Assembly (NCBI GenBank): GCA_951406725.2
Contig: OX597830.1
Location: 57,350,001 to 57,414,000, forward strand
Length of the DNA stretch: 64,000 nucleotides
Direction: 5' to 3'
Origin: Octopus vulgaris
Taxonomy: Eukaryota
Shown piece after piece: positions 1-13,650 of the stretch; position 1 is the first letter of the stretch, and every line of letters begins with the position of its first letter. The position numbers were made by a program, and so were the translations under genes. The notes beneath the pieces were generated by a model that saw nothing but the letters and a program-made list of their open reading frames with translations, was not told the DNA's origin and did not search any database.

Positions 1-766
1 TGTGTTTGTTATAGCTTTGTTGCCATTCAGTGTACGTAAGGATGCCACTGCACCTATTCTGACCTTCTTCCCCCATCACTCCCCTGCGCAGCTCACTAGC
101 ACAGGACCTACCAACTTTCACCCTGCCACCATCCTCTCCATCCAACCCAAATGGCTACACAACACCAGTTCACTGACCCTTCACTTCCCCCCCCCCCCGT
201 CATCAGCTCCATGTGACTGTCTGCCAGAACATTGTTACTCCTTTTCCCCTCACTCATCCTGAGCTTCTGTCATCATTATCTCCTGGCTAACATAACTTCT
301 GTCCATGTGACCCAGGAGAGACATGGGGGTTTGAACTCCCTTTACTTGTGTCCAGGTTATCGCTACCACTTCAGCGTGCCCTCCAGCGTATGATGCTGAG
401 ACAACTCTCTAGACTTGCTGGTGACATACAAAGTAGAACCCAATCAATTTTGTAAAAAGGTGTTAGAAAGGGCATCCAGCCATAGGAACCATGCCAAGAA
501 TGAAAGGCAAATGAGATGTCTCTCAGCTGTCTGGGTGCACAGCAACCTTCAGATACATTCTGATTGACTATGGCAACCCATCCACCTAACTCATGCCCAC
601 ACAGAGAGATGTAAAGAGATGACAATGATGATAACGCACACACACATACCTATAGACAGATGCATACATAAATATATATTAAAATACAAACACACACATA
701 TATAAACATAAATTTATATACACAAATATGCACATACACACACACACACACGTATATAAATACAAC

Positions 767-900
767 AGGCTTTTTCCAGTTTCCATCCAAATCTACTATA
801 GCCTGGGACCAGAGAAGACATTTACCCAAGGTACCATGCAATAGGACTGAACAGAGAACCATGAGGTTGGATGGCAACCACACAACCACACCTGCACCCA
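767..900 (-). mobile_element. tRNA-derived SINE family A, decayed copy
   Basis: Reverse complement of the family A head and core seen at 12756 (ggctgtgtggt...ccttgggcaagtgtcttc...gatttggtagatggaaactgaaagaagcc). Confidence 0.65.
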
Positions 901-3900
901 TATTATCATCATCATTTAATATCCTCTGTTCCATGATGGCACAAGAACAGAATGAGCCAGGGGGACTTCACCAGATTCTAAGTCTACTTTGGCATAGTTT
1001 CCAGCACAGTGAGATCACTATGTGTGTGTGTGTGTGTGAGTGTGTGTGTGTGTGTGCATGTGTGTGTGTGTGTACATATAGACACACTTACACATACACA
1101 TGCATAATCTTAATCCAAAGATAAGGCAACCAATATTCAATAAAGTACTCAATATATATTTCAATGTACAGTTTATATTTGTATGTGGTTCTGTATCTGA
1201 TTCCAGCATAGCAACAGAATTCAAATGTAATTAAATTTATACATAGACTCGTCTACATATAAATACACACATATACACAGATGCAGATATATATATGTGT
1301 GTATGCATGCATGCATATATATATATATATACAAATATATATACATATATATATATACATATATACATATATATATAAATGAATGTGAATACACATGCAT
1401 ACCAACCTACAAATGGGCCTCAGTTATGCAATCTAAACACAGTAGAAAAGAAAAAAATTTTTTAAAGGTTAAGTAAACAAACAGACAAACAAATAAATAC
1501 AAATTACACAATTTTATCGAATTGGAACAATAATCTGTGTAATCTGACATTGCTCGTTGGCTTCCAGGGTAACTGATAGCTGATCTTTTATTTCCACCTG
1601 AAACCTAATGTTATAATCAATGTTTATAGCCTGATACCACAACTACCTCTGGATGCTTGTTCAATAGGTGACATACTCTGCATACAATACCAAATGCATT
1701 TTTGGTTCACACACACACATACTTACATATGCATATCCTTCTATATATATAGATAGATACACACACACACACACACACATACACAGAAAATGAGAGTCAG
1801 AGAGATTCGTAATCCTATTCACTTCATTGTTCTCACAAAAATTTTATTCTTGCTTGTTGGCATGGAAATATCTCATGGAAACATGTTGGATTCCAGTATA
1901 ATTCTTTGAATTTGACCAAAGGCATTTCCTACTTTGCAATCATTGTTTGAAGCATCTAACGTGTATCCATGCGTCCAGCTTTAGCGGAGAAAAGCAAAAT
2001 CCCTCTTCCATTCTGCAAAGTATTTTATAATAGCATGGAAAATCAGAAGATTGGAAAAGAGGTTACATTTGAAAACCTACATTAACTTCATGTTTAGAGC
2101 TGTCACCACCACCATCATCATCACCATCATAACTCTCTTTCATTTTCTGTCTTCATGTCATTGAAATGTCAGTGAGAAATTGTCACCTACAGAAGGGGTT
2201 GGGCCAACACTGAAACTTGATTTGTTGTAAAATAAGTTTGTAAAAATTGTAAATATTTTTCCAAAGATTGCAGAGGAAATGATAATGGAAGGGTATTTAA
2301 TTTCATTTATTGTGAGAATGAATGGGGATTCTGCTGCTGTTGCTGATGATGATGATGATGATGAAGCATTTATTATGAGCATGTATAACCATGCTGTCAC
2401 CTAATTGCTAACAGAAACATTTCCATGTTGCAGAGTGGTAGCAGTAGTAGTAGTCATGGCAAAATGCAAAGGAGGGAAGGAGAGTTTGTTATAAGTGCTC
2501 AAGCATTACTCCTTTATCCAATGTTAATCTGATGTCAGAGGGAGCACTGCTCAGAACTGCATGTGGGAGAAAAAACAACTTTTTTTTTTAGATTTAAAAA
2601 TGATGAAATGATATTTTGAGGATTGAAATATGAAGGATTTTCATTCAATTCTAAAAAATTCTGAGACTTCTTCACATCATTTGAGTTTTTGGTATTTTGA
2701 AGAACAAAATTCCAAGTCAGAAATGGACAGAGATTGGCTGGCAAAGTATTCCCTAATTGCTGACAAAAGGTCAAGATTGAAATGATTTCTTGTGAAGCTG
2801 AAGGTGACACCTGTAAGTCACACACCTGCTTTTACACAATGTACAAGAATGAAAATCTTACAAAGGTTCATTTTACATTTCATTCTTCCACATTTTCCAT
2901 GTGTTTCTATGGTGACATGAGTTGGATGGTTCTCAAAGTGCCTTGCCACATGTTGCAGACCTTCATAATTAGAAACACAGAAGAAAACTGCCAATGTCTG
3001 CCACTGATTTTACAAAATTTTGCAGGAGTGAGGGTGGGGTAGGCATAGTCTTTTAATGGCCTGAAGTGCTTCCCACTACCAAAAATGTTACAATATTCCA
3101 TCAGGTCACCAGTGACAGAGAGATTATATGTGTCATGACTAAAGAGGCCTCATGGACTACATTAGTCTTTATTCAGGTAAATCTAAATAAAAACGTGGTT
3201 CAGTCCACTTCTCCATTCATTCCTCCCCTTTAACCAAAATTGACAGCTGATAAGCTAAATAACAATACTACACAAGAAATAATCCAAATGATTCTATCAT
3301 TTACTTTTTCAAAAATTTATCTCCATAAGAATTTCTAATTATGGAAAATATATTTTTATATTTTGCTTGTGTTGAGGCAGTGGACTGAAAGGTTTATGCT
3401 TTTACTTTTCTTTGCCTGTAGGTCTTTGAAAGAACCATCAGTCATGTACCAAAAGAATTCATAAAACTATAGAGTTAAGAAGTTGTTTTGCAACCAAAAA
3501 GTTCCAGATTTGATCCCACTGCACAACACTTTTAGCAAGTGTCTTCTACATGACCAAGACCATGTGACTGGGATTTGGTGGAAAGAAACAGGATGGAAAT
3601 TTGTGTGCATGCATGCATGTACATACATACAAGTAAATCATTTGCATGTAAGCATGAGTAAATCATTTGTTGATGCGTATCATCAGCTCAGGGTATAAAT
3701 GTCACTAACAAAGCAGAATACTATAAAACAAGTGTACTGACTTTGACACACTGCCTGTCACTCTTGCAGTAAGCCAGTGATTGGTCCATCAGAAACCTAT
3801 AAACCAATCAGCCTATTATTCACAAACTGAGACATAAAATAATATCAATAAACCTAGTGGTGGCCATGTACTAATCATCTGAACTACTAAAAGGACCAAC

Positions 3901-4499
3901 ACCTTGTATTATTGCATGGAATCTTTACAAAGGGTACTGACATAAGCTGGTTCAAGTCCCTCTAGCTGCAAATATCTACTACAGAGTGTCGCAGTTCACT
4001 TTTATGGGCGATAGGAGGAGCATTCTAAAGCTTACAAGCGTTTCAGTAGATTACAATGGAGCACACAGCGTGAAATCATTCCATGAAGACAAGGTTAGTT
4101 GTATGACAGACCTCGAAGGATTTTTTTTTTTTTGATTCAAAGAATTTTAGCATTAAATATTGTAATTCTTTCTCAATATCACTGATATATATAGATATTT
4201 GTATTACACAACTCATCTATTTGTTATGAGCTGAGATTTGTGAGAATGGTAAAGGAGGGTGCGGTTTGCTTCTTCTGGGATTAGCAAGTGAAAATCACAT
4301 GTGGGGCAGTAACAACTTACGCCAGCAGCAATGAGAGCAAAAAAGTAGCAACAAGCTAATATTTATTTCCCCAGAGTAAAACTGAAGCCCAGACTGTGAT
4401 TAATTAAAGAACAACATTTATAACATCCCATGCAGTTATGGAATGTTGCCATATAAAGAGAGAAAAGAAATAACCATTCTAGGAAGCAAAATATTGGTT

Positions 4500-4695
4500 C
4501 CATATTTTGGCAAAAGACCTGCAATTTTCAGAAGAGAAGGTAAATGGATTACATTGACCCCAGTGCACAACTGGTACTTATTTTATCAAGCCTGAAAAGA
4601 TGAAAAGCAAAATTGACCTTGGTGGAATTTGTATTCTGAACATAAAGACAGATGAAAGCCACTACGCATATGATTCTGCCAGCTCATTGCCTTAA
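4500..4695 (-). mobile_element. tRNA-derived SINE family B, decayed copy
   Basis: Matches the reverse complement of the family B copy at 13193-13408 (ttgaccccagtgcacaactggtact...ttctgccagctc). Confidence 0.7.
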
Positions 4696-7289
4696 CTCCA
4701 AGGAAGTGTAATATTAAGGTTAGAAAATGTTAAAAATTTTTGGAAATAATGCTTCTGTGTCCAAACTAAGCTTTGGGATATGTATGTATGGAAGCAGTAC
4801 ACGAAAAAATTCAAGATGAGGTTAAGAGCCTGGAAATCTAAAATCCAACAATGCAATCAATATCAACAGTCACTCGTCACACTCTTATTTCACTGTGTTA
4901 TTGTGATATTCATGTAATAGCAAAATATAGGATTGTAGAGATGATGAGAATACAGAGGGGGACTAAATACTGTACAGCAAATAGTTTCTGTCTTCTTCAA
5001 AGAAGTCAAATGAGGTTGACTTAGTGTTTCACATTTCACTTCACAGTGCCTACCTACCTCAAATCACCTCTTGAAATCACACCCCAAATCACAGAAATTA
5101 CAGAAAATTGTCTTGCATTATATGCAAAAAATATCAATGTATAAAAGTACAAAATTTGTTACAAAGCCACAACTATAAGAGAATTGTAAATGATAAAGTC
5201 TTAAGGTTAACAACCAGAAGAGGAAAGACATAGAACTGAAAGTGAGAGGAAGACAATGGAATTGGAATGCGGGGTTGCTTTAGTCTATTTCTTGAATAAT
5301 AGTTACACTTCATGCTAAACATATAAGCAATGGTAAAATTGCCAAGTGGGACTAAAAACAGTATATTTTTTAGTGATCCAAATACACCACCCATTCTGTT
5401 CACCTTCTGACCTTAACATCTAAGCAATGAGTTGATACACTGCATGTTTTGTATACTACAAATGATAAGAGGAAAGTTCTCATTTCATTATTCAACAATA
5501 GACATATTTAGAGCGGCACTTCATACATTTTTATAGATAGCATTGCAATTACTCCCATACTATTTTTTGCTTCCTTTTGTTCTTCCTCCTCCTCCTCCTC
5601 CCTTGCACCCCCCCCCCTCGCTTCCTCCTGCATTTTCAGCAATTACTCAGATCTGTTTTAAGTACTATGGTGAGTCAGACCCTCCTATTATATGTCAACT
5701 CCAACAATCACTTCCTATTATAGTTTTAAGTTCACTGGATGCCTTTGAACGATTCAACCTTATTTTTATTATTATTTTTTAATTTCCGAGGAATTCTATG
5801 AAAATTGAAAAAGAAAGTATATTTACAATGCGTCCATGCTGTCTTTGTTGTTTAGCCCAAGGTCAGCTCAAACTGAGCAAACCTACATTCAATAGTGTTT
5901 CAGCGACAAGCATCTTGTTTTTTCCTTTAAATAGAAAGGGTGCAATTTGAGGAATATTTGGTTGCTATTTTTAGTAGGCCAAGCAACCACATAGGGCAGC
6001 AATTTGTCTTGTAAAGATGAGATAACTGAGACAGAAATCACTTGTTGAGTTGGAAGTTCGTATACTGCCAGAAACATTTCATTTTTGGTCTGTCTCTCTA
6101 GACACGGTGCTTAAGTCTACTTGCCTAAGATCATAATTGTCTTGCTTCAGAGATCAAGAAACAGACCTTATAATAAAAAGTTAACTGCAATGGACTAGCA
6201 TCCTATCCCATGGCTGATATCCCTCTCATCCACTCAACATGATTTGTTTTTAGCATACGGGATTAACTCTAAAGATGTAACCCTAATTAATTAATGTTTC
6301 CTGCATGCAGGACAAGGTACTAATCTATAATTACTAATTACAAACCATAATTATTGATCAATTAGGTGGTTAAGATATTACATGACACTACTCATTTCAT
6401 CCCTACCCCCACACATACGTTAAACACAAATTTATGTAGCAGAAGAGGGAAAGACATCCAACTCATTCCAATATTATATTACCAGAACTTAATTAAAATC
6501 TCTACAAAGCAAATCAACTTGCTAGAAATAGCAACCAAATATCACCTAAACCACATATTACCATTTTAGAAATAGAAAAGACACTGTATATATTGGATTA
6601 CATTAACCTATGTTCAGAAAAAAGAGGGGAAGTTTGAAGCTGTTTGATCAGGATTCAACTGGTGTTAAACAACAACTGATGCTTTGTTGTACAAGATCTG
6701 AAGGGTGAAAAGGCAAAGCTAGCTTGCCCCTTAATCATCAACATCATTGAACAGCTGTTTTCAATGCTGAAATAACTTGCATTGGTTGACAGGAGCTGGT
6801 AAGCAGGAGAGCTGCATCAGGTTCTATGTGTCTGCTTTGGTTAGGGTTTCTACAGCTGAATGCCCTTCCTAATGCCAACCACTTTGCAGAGTGTAAAGGG
6901 GGGCTTTATACGTGGTGCCAGTACAGATGCTTTTTATTTTTAAGCATAGGTACAAGGTCTCAAAATTTGAAGAAGGGGAATTGTTGATCACATCAACTCC
7001 AGGATCTGACTGGTACTTTATTTAGTGAACCCAAAAGGCTAGAAAACAAAGTTAACTTCAGCAGGGTTTGAACTCTGAATGCAGAGTTGGGAAAAAAACT
7101 GCCAAGGCATTTTGCCCTGCATGCTCACAATTCTACCAATTATATAAGAATAATGTAATTGATAATGCCAAAACTTCAAACTAATTCTACAAGAGAGGCT
7201 CTAAATGGCCACTCAATGGAAAAGAAGCAGCAGTGAAACTCACTTTTATTGCACACTGTGACTTCCAGCCTTCAACCAAAGCGTAAGGC

Positions 7290-7409
7290 ATCTGGAGGGG
7301 TGTGGTGATCAGAGGGGGGGTGATCTGGAGAGATAGGGTGATCTGGAGGGATGGGGTGATCTGAAGGGGGTGGGTGATCTGGAGGGGTGGGGTGATCTGG
7401 AGGAAGGGA
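7290..7409. repeat. G-rich ~18-bp minisatellite (ggggtgatctggagg...), about 6 copies
   Basis: Direct tandem repeats are visible; they produce the RSPHPS repeat in ORF 7309-7494. Confidence 0.85.
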
Positions 7410-7604
7410 TTGTGCTAATGGCCTTCACAGTCTCAGAAGTGAAAAGAAATGTCAAAGGAATAATGGTAATATGACTAAAACAACCAAGAAACATTGGAAC
7501 TGGAACCTAAATAACAGAACTGTGCAAGTATTTGAGATTTGATGAAATTTTGTCATTAAATCTGAGGGAATAAAACTTCAAAGTTCATTGGAAATCTTTA
7601 TAGC

Positions 7605-7639
<35 letters not shown>

Positions 7640-8783
7640 CTTATTTAGGCCTAAGGCCACACCATTTGAAGAAGCAACAGGGTTGTAAATAAAAACCAAA
7701 AAAAGGACCTCTTATACTACAACCTTCACCAAGTATTTAACTGATACCAGTTTTATCAGCCCCAGAAGGAAGAAAAGCAGAATCGACCTCGGCAACAATT
7801 AAATGCAGAACGTAGAGGAATGTAACTAATACCGCAAGCTATTTTGTTTGGCACTCTACCAGCTCTGCCAACAACCGCCCCCAATAATAAAAACGATGGT
7901 TTTTGTACACTGAAACAATAATGTTGTCTGCTAAATAATAAAGATGGGTAATGGTAATTTCTTACATTGAAACAAGCAAAAGATTTAGTTCCCATTTGCT
8001 GAATATTATAAAGCAAAGATAAGAGCTGGTCCCTTAAGACCTCTAAAGAACTTTTATATTATATCTAGATACCTATTTGAAGAATGCATAAATGATATGA
8101 TATGCTTATTTATATAGAAATAGGTTGTCTTCTTTACTGCATTACTATCTTTCATTTGTGAGTCTCTGACCTTGTTGTCGTTCACTTTTCTACAGTTTTA
8201 CTGCACCATGAACATATTCTCTGTAAAAACTGCATCAACAACATATCTTATTTTCGAGGCTGCTTCCATGATTACCGCTGTTTACTTTATGGATTCAGCC
8301 CAAATGAACCGAGGCTAAAATCAAACCTGTCATTCCCTCAATGAAATATAACTTCAGGCATAGCAGTTGCCCACTCGTTATTCAAATCTAGCCACAAGCG
8401 TCCTTGCTGAAACTTATGTAACATTGATACATAAACTAAGGCAAGTCTTTAATCTGACAGACAGCCAGACAGAGCAAAAGAGAAAGACAGTGAGAAAGAA
8501 AAAGACGGAGAAATGGTAAGGATAAAAAGAAGCTGATTGATATGATAAAAACTGGTTGTTAATCCTTTGGCATTTAAATCAGTCACATCCTTTATGTTCA
8601 AACTGGCCAGATCTAGTAGGTGAGGGTTGGGGTATGAAAGAAGGGGTGGGGAAGAGCACGTTCTTCTTGGAGGGAAGCTACATGGTTACTCAGATTTAGG
8701 AGAAAATAAGAAATCAGATGGCACCTCAAGGTATAAGGAGAAATGGATGAAGATAGACAAGCGAACACACTGACACTCCTTTT

Positions 8784-9465
8784 TGTTATGACAACAAGGG
8801 TTCCAGCTGATCCGATCAATGGAACAGCCTCCTTGTGAAATTCACATGCAAGTGGTTGAGCACTCCACAGATACACATATCCTTAACGTAGTTCTCAGGG
8901 AGATTCAGCAGGACACAGAATATGACAAGGCTGGCCCCTTGAAATACAATTCATTTTTGCGAGCAGAGTGGAATGGAGCAACATAAAATTAAGTAGAAAA
9001 TTACTATTTGTAAATCTCACAATGTGAGATATTCAGCAACAGTACTTTGGAGTAAAGATTATTTGCCAACATAACATGGCAGTCCTGGTTTAGGACGAAT
9101 GTTGCTGTAATTTAGCCCCAGGAGACAGTCTCCAGCTGGCTATATGACACAATCTGTGTCCTTATATTTTTGAACAAGGGACTCAAAACAATATCTGTGT
9201 TTTGAGCTGAGTGTGGGGGGGGGGGTGCTAGATTCCTTTGTTCAAAAATATGACACAGATCATGTCGTATAGCCAGCTGGTGACGATGTCTCCTGGGGCT
9301 AAATTACAGCAACATTCATCTTAAACCAGGACTGCCATGTTATGTTGGCAAACAATCTTTACTCCATGAAATAAAGTATCTTGCCCAAGGACACAATGCA
9401 CCACCAGGAACTGAACTCACAACCTTATAACTGTGAGCTGAATGCCCAAACCACTGAACCACACA
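8784..9465 (-). mobile_element. tRNA-derived SINE family D, interrupted by an inverted-repeat insertion
   Basis: Body gagtggaatggagcaac...tgaaataaagtatcttgcccaaggacacaatgc...gaactcac...accact is shared with copies at about 10680-10910, 53075-53207 and 56650-56915. It is split by 9048-9366. Confidence 0.65.
9048..9366. repeat. Long inverted repeat, arms of about 133 bp (9048-9181 / 9234-9366)
   Basis: tggagtaaagattatttgccaacataacatggcagtcctgg... is mirrored by ...ccaggactgccatgttatgttggcaaacaatctttactcca with few mismatches. Confidence 0.9.
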
Positions 9466-10600
9466 CAGACACACACTCATTCATGTGTATGTACATGTGT
9501 GTTTTGGGTAAACTGACAAGAATTCTTTAGAATTATTTACAACACTAAAAAGAAACTCTCCAAAACTAAGCCTTCAACAAAGTGTCTTGCAACTGAGACC
9601 AGCAGAAGACTAACCCTTTAGCATCTCTCTCTCTCTCTCTCTCTCTCTCATGGTTTTTTAGCTTATGAAATGAAGTAATATGTTGTTCTTGTTGTATTGT
9701 TGTTATTTTATAAAATACCACTAAACACATTGCCTCATGTGCCAGCAATTATATAAAATAGCAACAACAATACCAACAAGAACATATCCAGCTAAATATT
9801 CTGTTCTATGCTCAAAGCAGTTAGCTCCAATCTTTCACACCTATCCTACAAGGTCCTTCTAAAAATAAACATCATCATCATCATCATCCAAAATCCCAAA
9901 GCTTCAAGGTAATGCATGTCTAATTCAAAACATTATCATCATCATCATCATTGTTTAACGTCTGTTTTCCATGCTGGCATGGGTTGGACAGTTTGACTGC
10001 AGGCTGGAGAGCCAAATAATTAATAGCAAATATGAAGAGCATATCACAGAAATAAGCTGTGAAACAACATTGCTGCTGACACAAGCTGTTAGTGTTGTTT
10101 AGCCCCAGGTCATCCCAGGTTAACAAGATCCGTGATCAAAGAGAGTCACACTAAAGACACAAACAATTGAATTTTTTCAGATTTTTCAGACACTGAATAC
10201 AGGATGACATTTTCCAGTGTTTATTCCTTTTAAAAATAGTAGACTGTAATTGGAGGGATATCGGGTTGCTATTTCTAGTAAGTTGAACAACCATGCAGAG
10301 ATGCTAACAAGATGGCTTCTAGTGGCACAAGTTCAATTCCTAAATGAGTCACCTCATTCTTTGTACCGGTAATTTCTAGCCACTGTGGTAGATGTACTGT
10401 CAGAATGACATGCTCTGAAGTCTTTGGTGATGACTCAACCTTTCATTAAAGGGCTACTGGCTATTTTCAGCACTTCCCCTTTATATGTGTGCTTTTGTCT
10501 ATACATACACACACACACATGTATGCATACATTTGCACATATACACACATATACACATTTACATATGTACATGCTGAATACACACATGCATGTACATATT

Positions 10601-10666
10601 ACACGCATGCGTGCACACACACGCATGCGTGCACACACACGCATGCGTGCACACACACACATGCGT
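10601..10666. repeat. 20-bp alternating purine/pyrimidine tandem repeat (acacgcatgcgtgcacacac), about 3 copies
   Basis: Seen directly; each unit contains the palindrome cacgcatgcgtg. Confidence 0.8.
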
Positions 10667-11833
10667 CCCTGTATTGACCAGACTATTGGGTGTTATACAT
10701 CACTTGCCACAATGCATTTCCTTGCATTGCTGTAGCTTTCAAATGATGCCACCCAACTGGAAGCTAGGCAGGCAGGCTTACATTTCTCCTGAGCCAAGTG
10801 AAATGGAACAAAATGAAGAGGTTTGCTGGACAACACAATGCACTGCTGGTGTGGGAATTGAAACCATGATTTTGTGATTATGAACGTAACACCCTGGCCA
10901 CAAGGCCACGCACTATGTATCTGTGTGAGTGAGTGAGTGAGAATGTGTGTGTATGTGTATTGAGTTGTGGCAATGCAGGAGTGCTCAATACACATTGTAG
11001 AGTGTATGCTTTACTGAAACAGACTGTTTACACAGCAGAATGCAAGTGTGACAAGTCCAGTGATACTGCAATCTTCAGATGGATTCTCGCAGTCGTTTAA
11101 AACATTAGTCACAAGATAGGCATTTAATCATAGACATACAATGTTTGTTTGTGTGCACCTGTGTCGGCACCACATAAAAAGCAGCCATGCTGGTGCCATG
11201 TAAAAAGCACCCAGTACACTCTGTAAAGTGGATGGAATTCGGAAGGGCATCCAGCTGTAGAAACCATTCTAAAACAGACAAGTGGAGTCTAGTGCAGTTC
11301 CCCACATTGCCAGCTCCTGCCAAACCATCCAACTCAAACCAGAATGGAAGACAGATGCTAAATGATAATGATGACAATGATGTATGGCCGTATGATTTAG
11401 AAGTTCATTTTGCAAGTGCATCATCTCCTGTTCAGTCACATCGTACAGCATCTAATGCTCATTTTCTACTCTAATATCAAGCCACCCAACAGAAAATAGA
11501 AACTGTATCGAAGCTGCTGCTTCACATGCAATTACCTGTGCTAAAAACAGTATTGTGATGCTTATATTCATGGTCACCATTACAACCTATGGGTCTGCAG
11601 AATACCAAGCGTTTAGCAGAATACCAAAAGGTGAGGGCCAGCAACAGGAAGAGTATCTGGCTACTATTACATACTGCCTAAAATAAAGATGTGCCCAACC
11701 AGTACCAGCATGTAAAATCGGGCATAAAACAAAATTAACAAATGTATATGCGAGTATACATATATATACTACATGCACTAATAAATATACTAGTATACAT
11801 ATGTAAATATGGTTCATTCATGCATATAATACA

Positions 11834-11872
<39 letters not shown>

Positions 11873-12755
11873 GTACTAAATATATATATGATATAAACAC
11901 ACACACACACACATACATATGTAGAAGCGTGCATGTCTGAATTTACTAACAAGAGGCAAAACGTGCTCAAAGTATAGAGTTTATGCTTTTTTTTAAGCTA
12001 AAGCCTCCTTGTGTTACTACTTAAAGCTTTGCATTTCAGAAATATGCATGCACACACACACATGCACACAGATATCCAATAGTGTGTTTCTAGAATCAGA
12101 AGAATATTTGTTGTGGCGATGGTGGTGGATATAGAACTTAAAGGAACTGGATACTTTGCCTATAAAGAATCTGGTACTTTATAGCAATCTCGTTAAAGGT
12201 CTTAAGATTGGTAGGTATTCATGATATATATAATGACCATTTTTGTGGAAGTAGACTATCACTTAGGAGAAATAAGAGAAAGAAAAACCAAGAAGGAACC
12301 ATTGTTAATCAACCTGCTAAAAACAGAGCCAAATTGGTCCTGTATCACATTCTACTGTTTCAAAAGATGGAAGGATACATTGTAGTCATACTTCTTTATG
12401 CCAAGAAAGAAAAACAACAGGATGGTCACTGTTGGAATGCCTTTCAGAAGTTTGCTTAATCACTTTGACATGGGGAGCTCAATAACAACAAATGAGAGAA
12501 AAATATTATGACAACAAGAACAAGAGCAAAGAAGCAATAGAACGTTACTGAATGTTACTGGTACTGATACAAACCCAGTAAGCTTTGCTAAGAAATATCT
12601 ACTTCTGAAGAGGTACCATGAACGTGGTACAGTTAGGAATCACACAGCACTCCTGCTGTGTGGAGCACTGTGTGAGTTCCTAAGTAACTGCTGTGCTTTG
12701 GAGATAGAGAAGGCAACGGCTTGCCAATATATTCCCCTCAGTTATATATGGCTGG

Positions 12756-13070
12756 GCACAAGCGTGGCTGTGTGGTCAGACATTTGCTTCCCAACCACAT
12801 GGTTCTGGGTTCAGTTCCACTGCATAGCACCTTAGGCAAGTGTCTTCTATAACTCTGAGCTGACCAAAGCCTTGTGAATAGATTTGGTAGAGGGAAACTG
12901 AAAGAAGCCCGTCATACACATGCGTGTATGGGTGTGTGTATCTGTGTTTGTCCCCACCGCCACTTGACGACTAGTGGTGATGTGTTTACACCCCTGTTAC
13001 TTAGCGGTTTGGCAAAAGCAAGCAATATAATAAGTGGCAGGCTTTAAAAAGACAAAGAACTGGGGTCATG
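12756..13070 (+). mobile_element. tRNA-derived SINE family A (CORE-like central segment)
   Basis: A-box-like tggctgtgtgg, B-box-like ggttcagttcc and MIR-core-like accttaggcaagtgtcttc. Related copies at about 17192, 36685, 41833, 45581 and 50370. Confidence 0.75.
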
Positions 13071-13192
13071 TAAAAGATACTTTATTTAAAAGGGCATCAA
13101 AGGTCATTTATGATTCAATGATGACTTTGATTTTGGTCAATATCCATAAATGATCATAGTTGCGTACAACACTGGATAATAATAAATTAGAT

Positions 13193-13408
13193 TAAGGCGG
13201 TGATCTGGTAGAATCATTAGCACACAGGGCGAAATGCTTCGCGGTATTTCGTCTACCTTTACATTCCAAGTTCAAATTCCACCAAGATCAACTTTGCCTC
13301 CCTTCTTTTTGGGGTCGATAAATTAAGTATCAGTTGCATACTGGGGTCGATCTCATCGACTGGCCCCCCTCCCCAAAAATTTTGGGCCTTGTGCCTAGAG
13401 TAGAAAAG
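13193..13408 (+). mobile_element. tRNA-derived SINE family B, full length with 15-bp TSD
   Basis: B-box gttcaaattcc near 13270. Flanked by the perfect direct repeat aataataaattagat (13178-13192 and 13409-13423). Confidence 0.85.
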
Positions 13409-13619
13409 AATAATAAATTAGATAAGTCAGCAGTTCTTTACCAAACAGTAACGAGTGAAAATATCAAATAATTGCAGTGCTGATGCAGTAGCAACAGTTA
13501 TTGTGATAATGGGCTTGGATGACAGTGTGTGTGTGTGTGTGTCTCTCTCTCTCTCTGCATTAGTGTGAGAAATCTTCATTTCAAGTCAAAATCCAAGGAA
13601 CATAAATATATACAAGAAC

Positions 13620-13649
<30 letters not shown>

Positions 13650-13650
<1 letters not shown>

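Noticed and set aside
1840-2050. Possible hAT transposase N-terminal remnant (EWKRDFAF)
   Set aside because: Too decayed to support by eye.
11015-11082. Minus-strand CUGAAGA...AAAACAGUC
   Set aside because: G12 is missing and helices I and II are poorly formed; possible ancient relic only.
12601-12637. CUGAAGA followed by hairpin guacca/ugguac
   Set aside because: GAAA box is absent; at most a deleted hammerhead relic.
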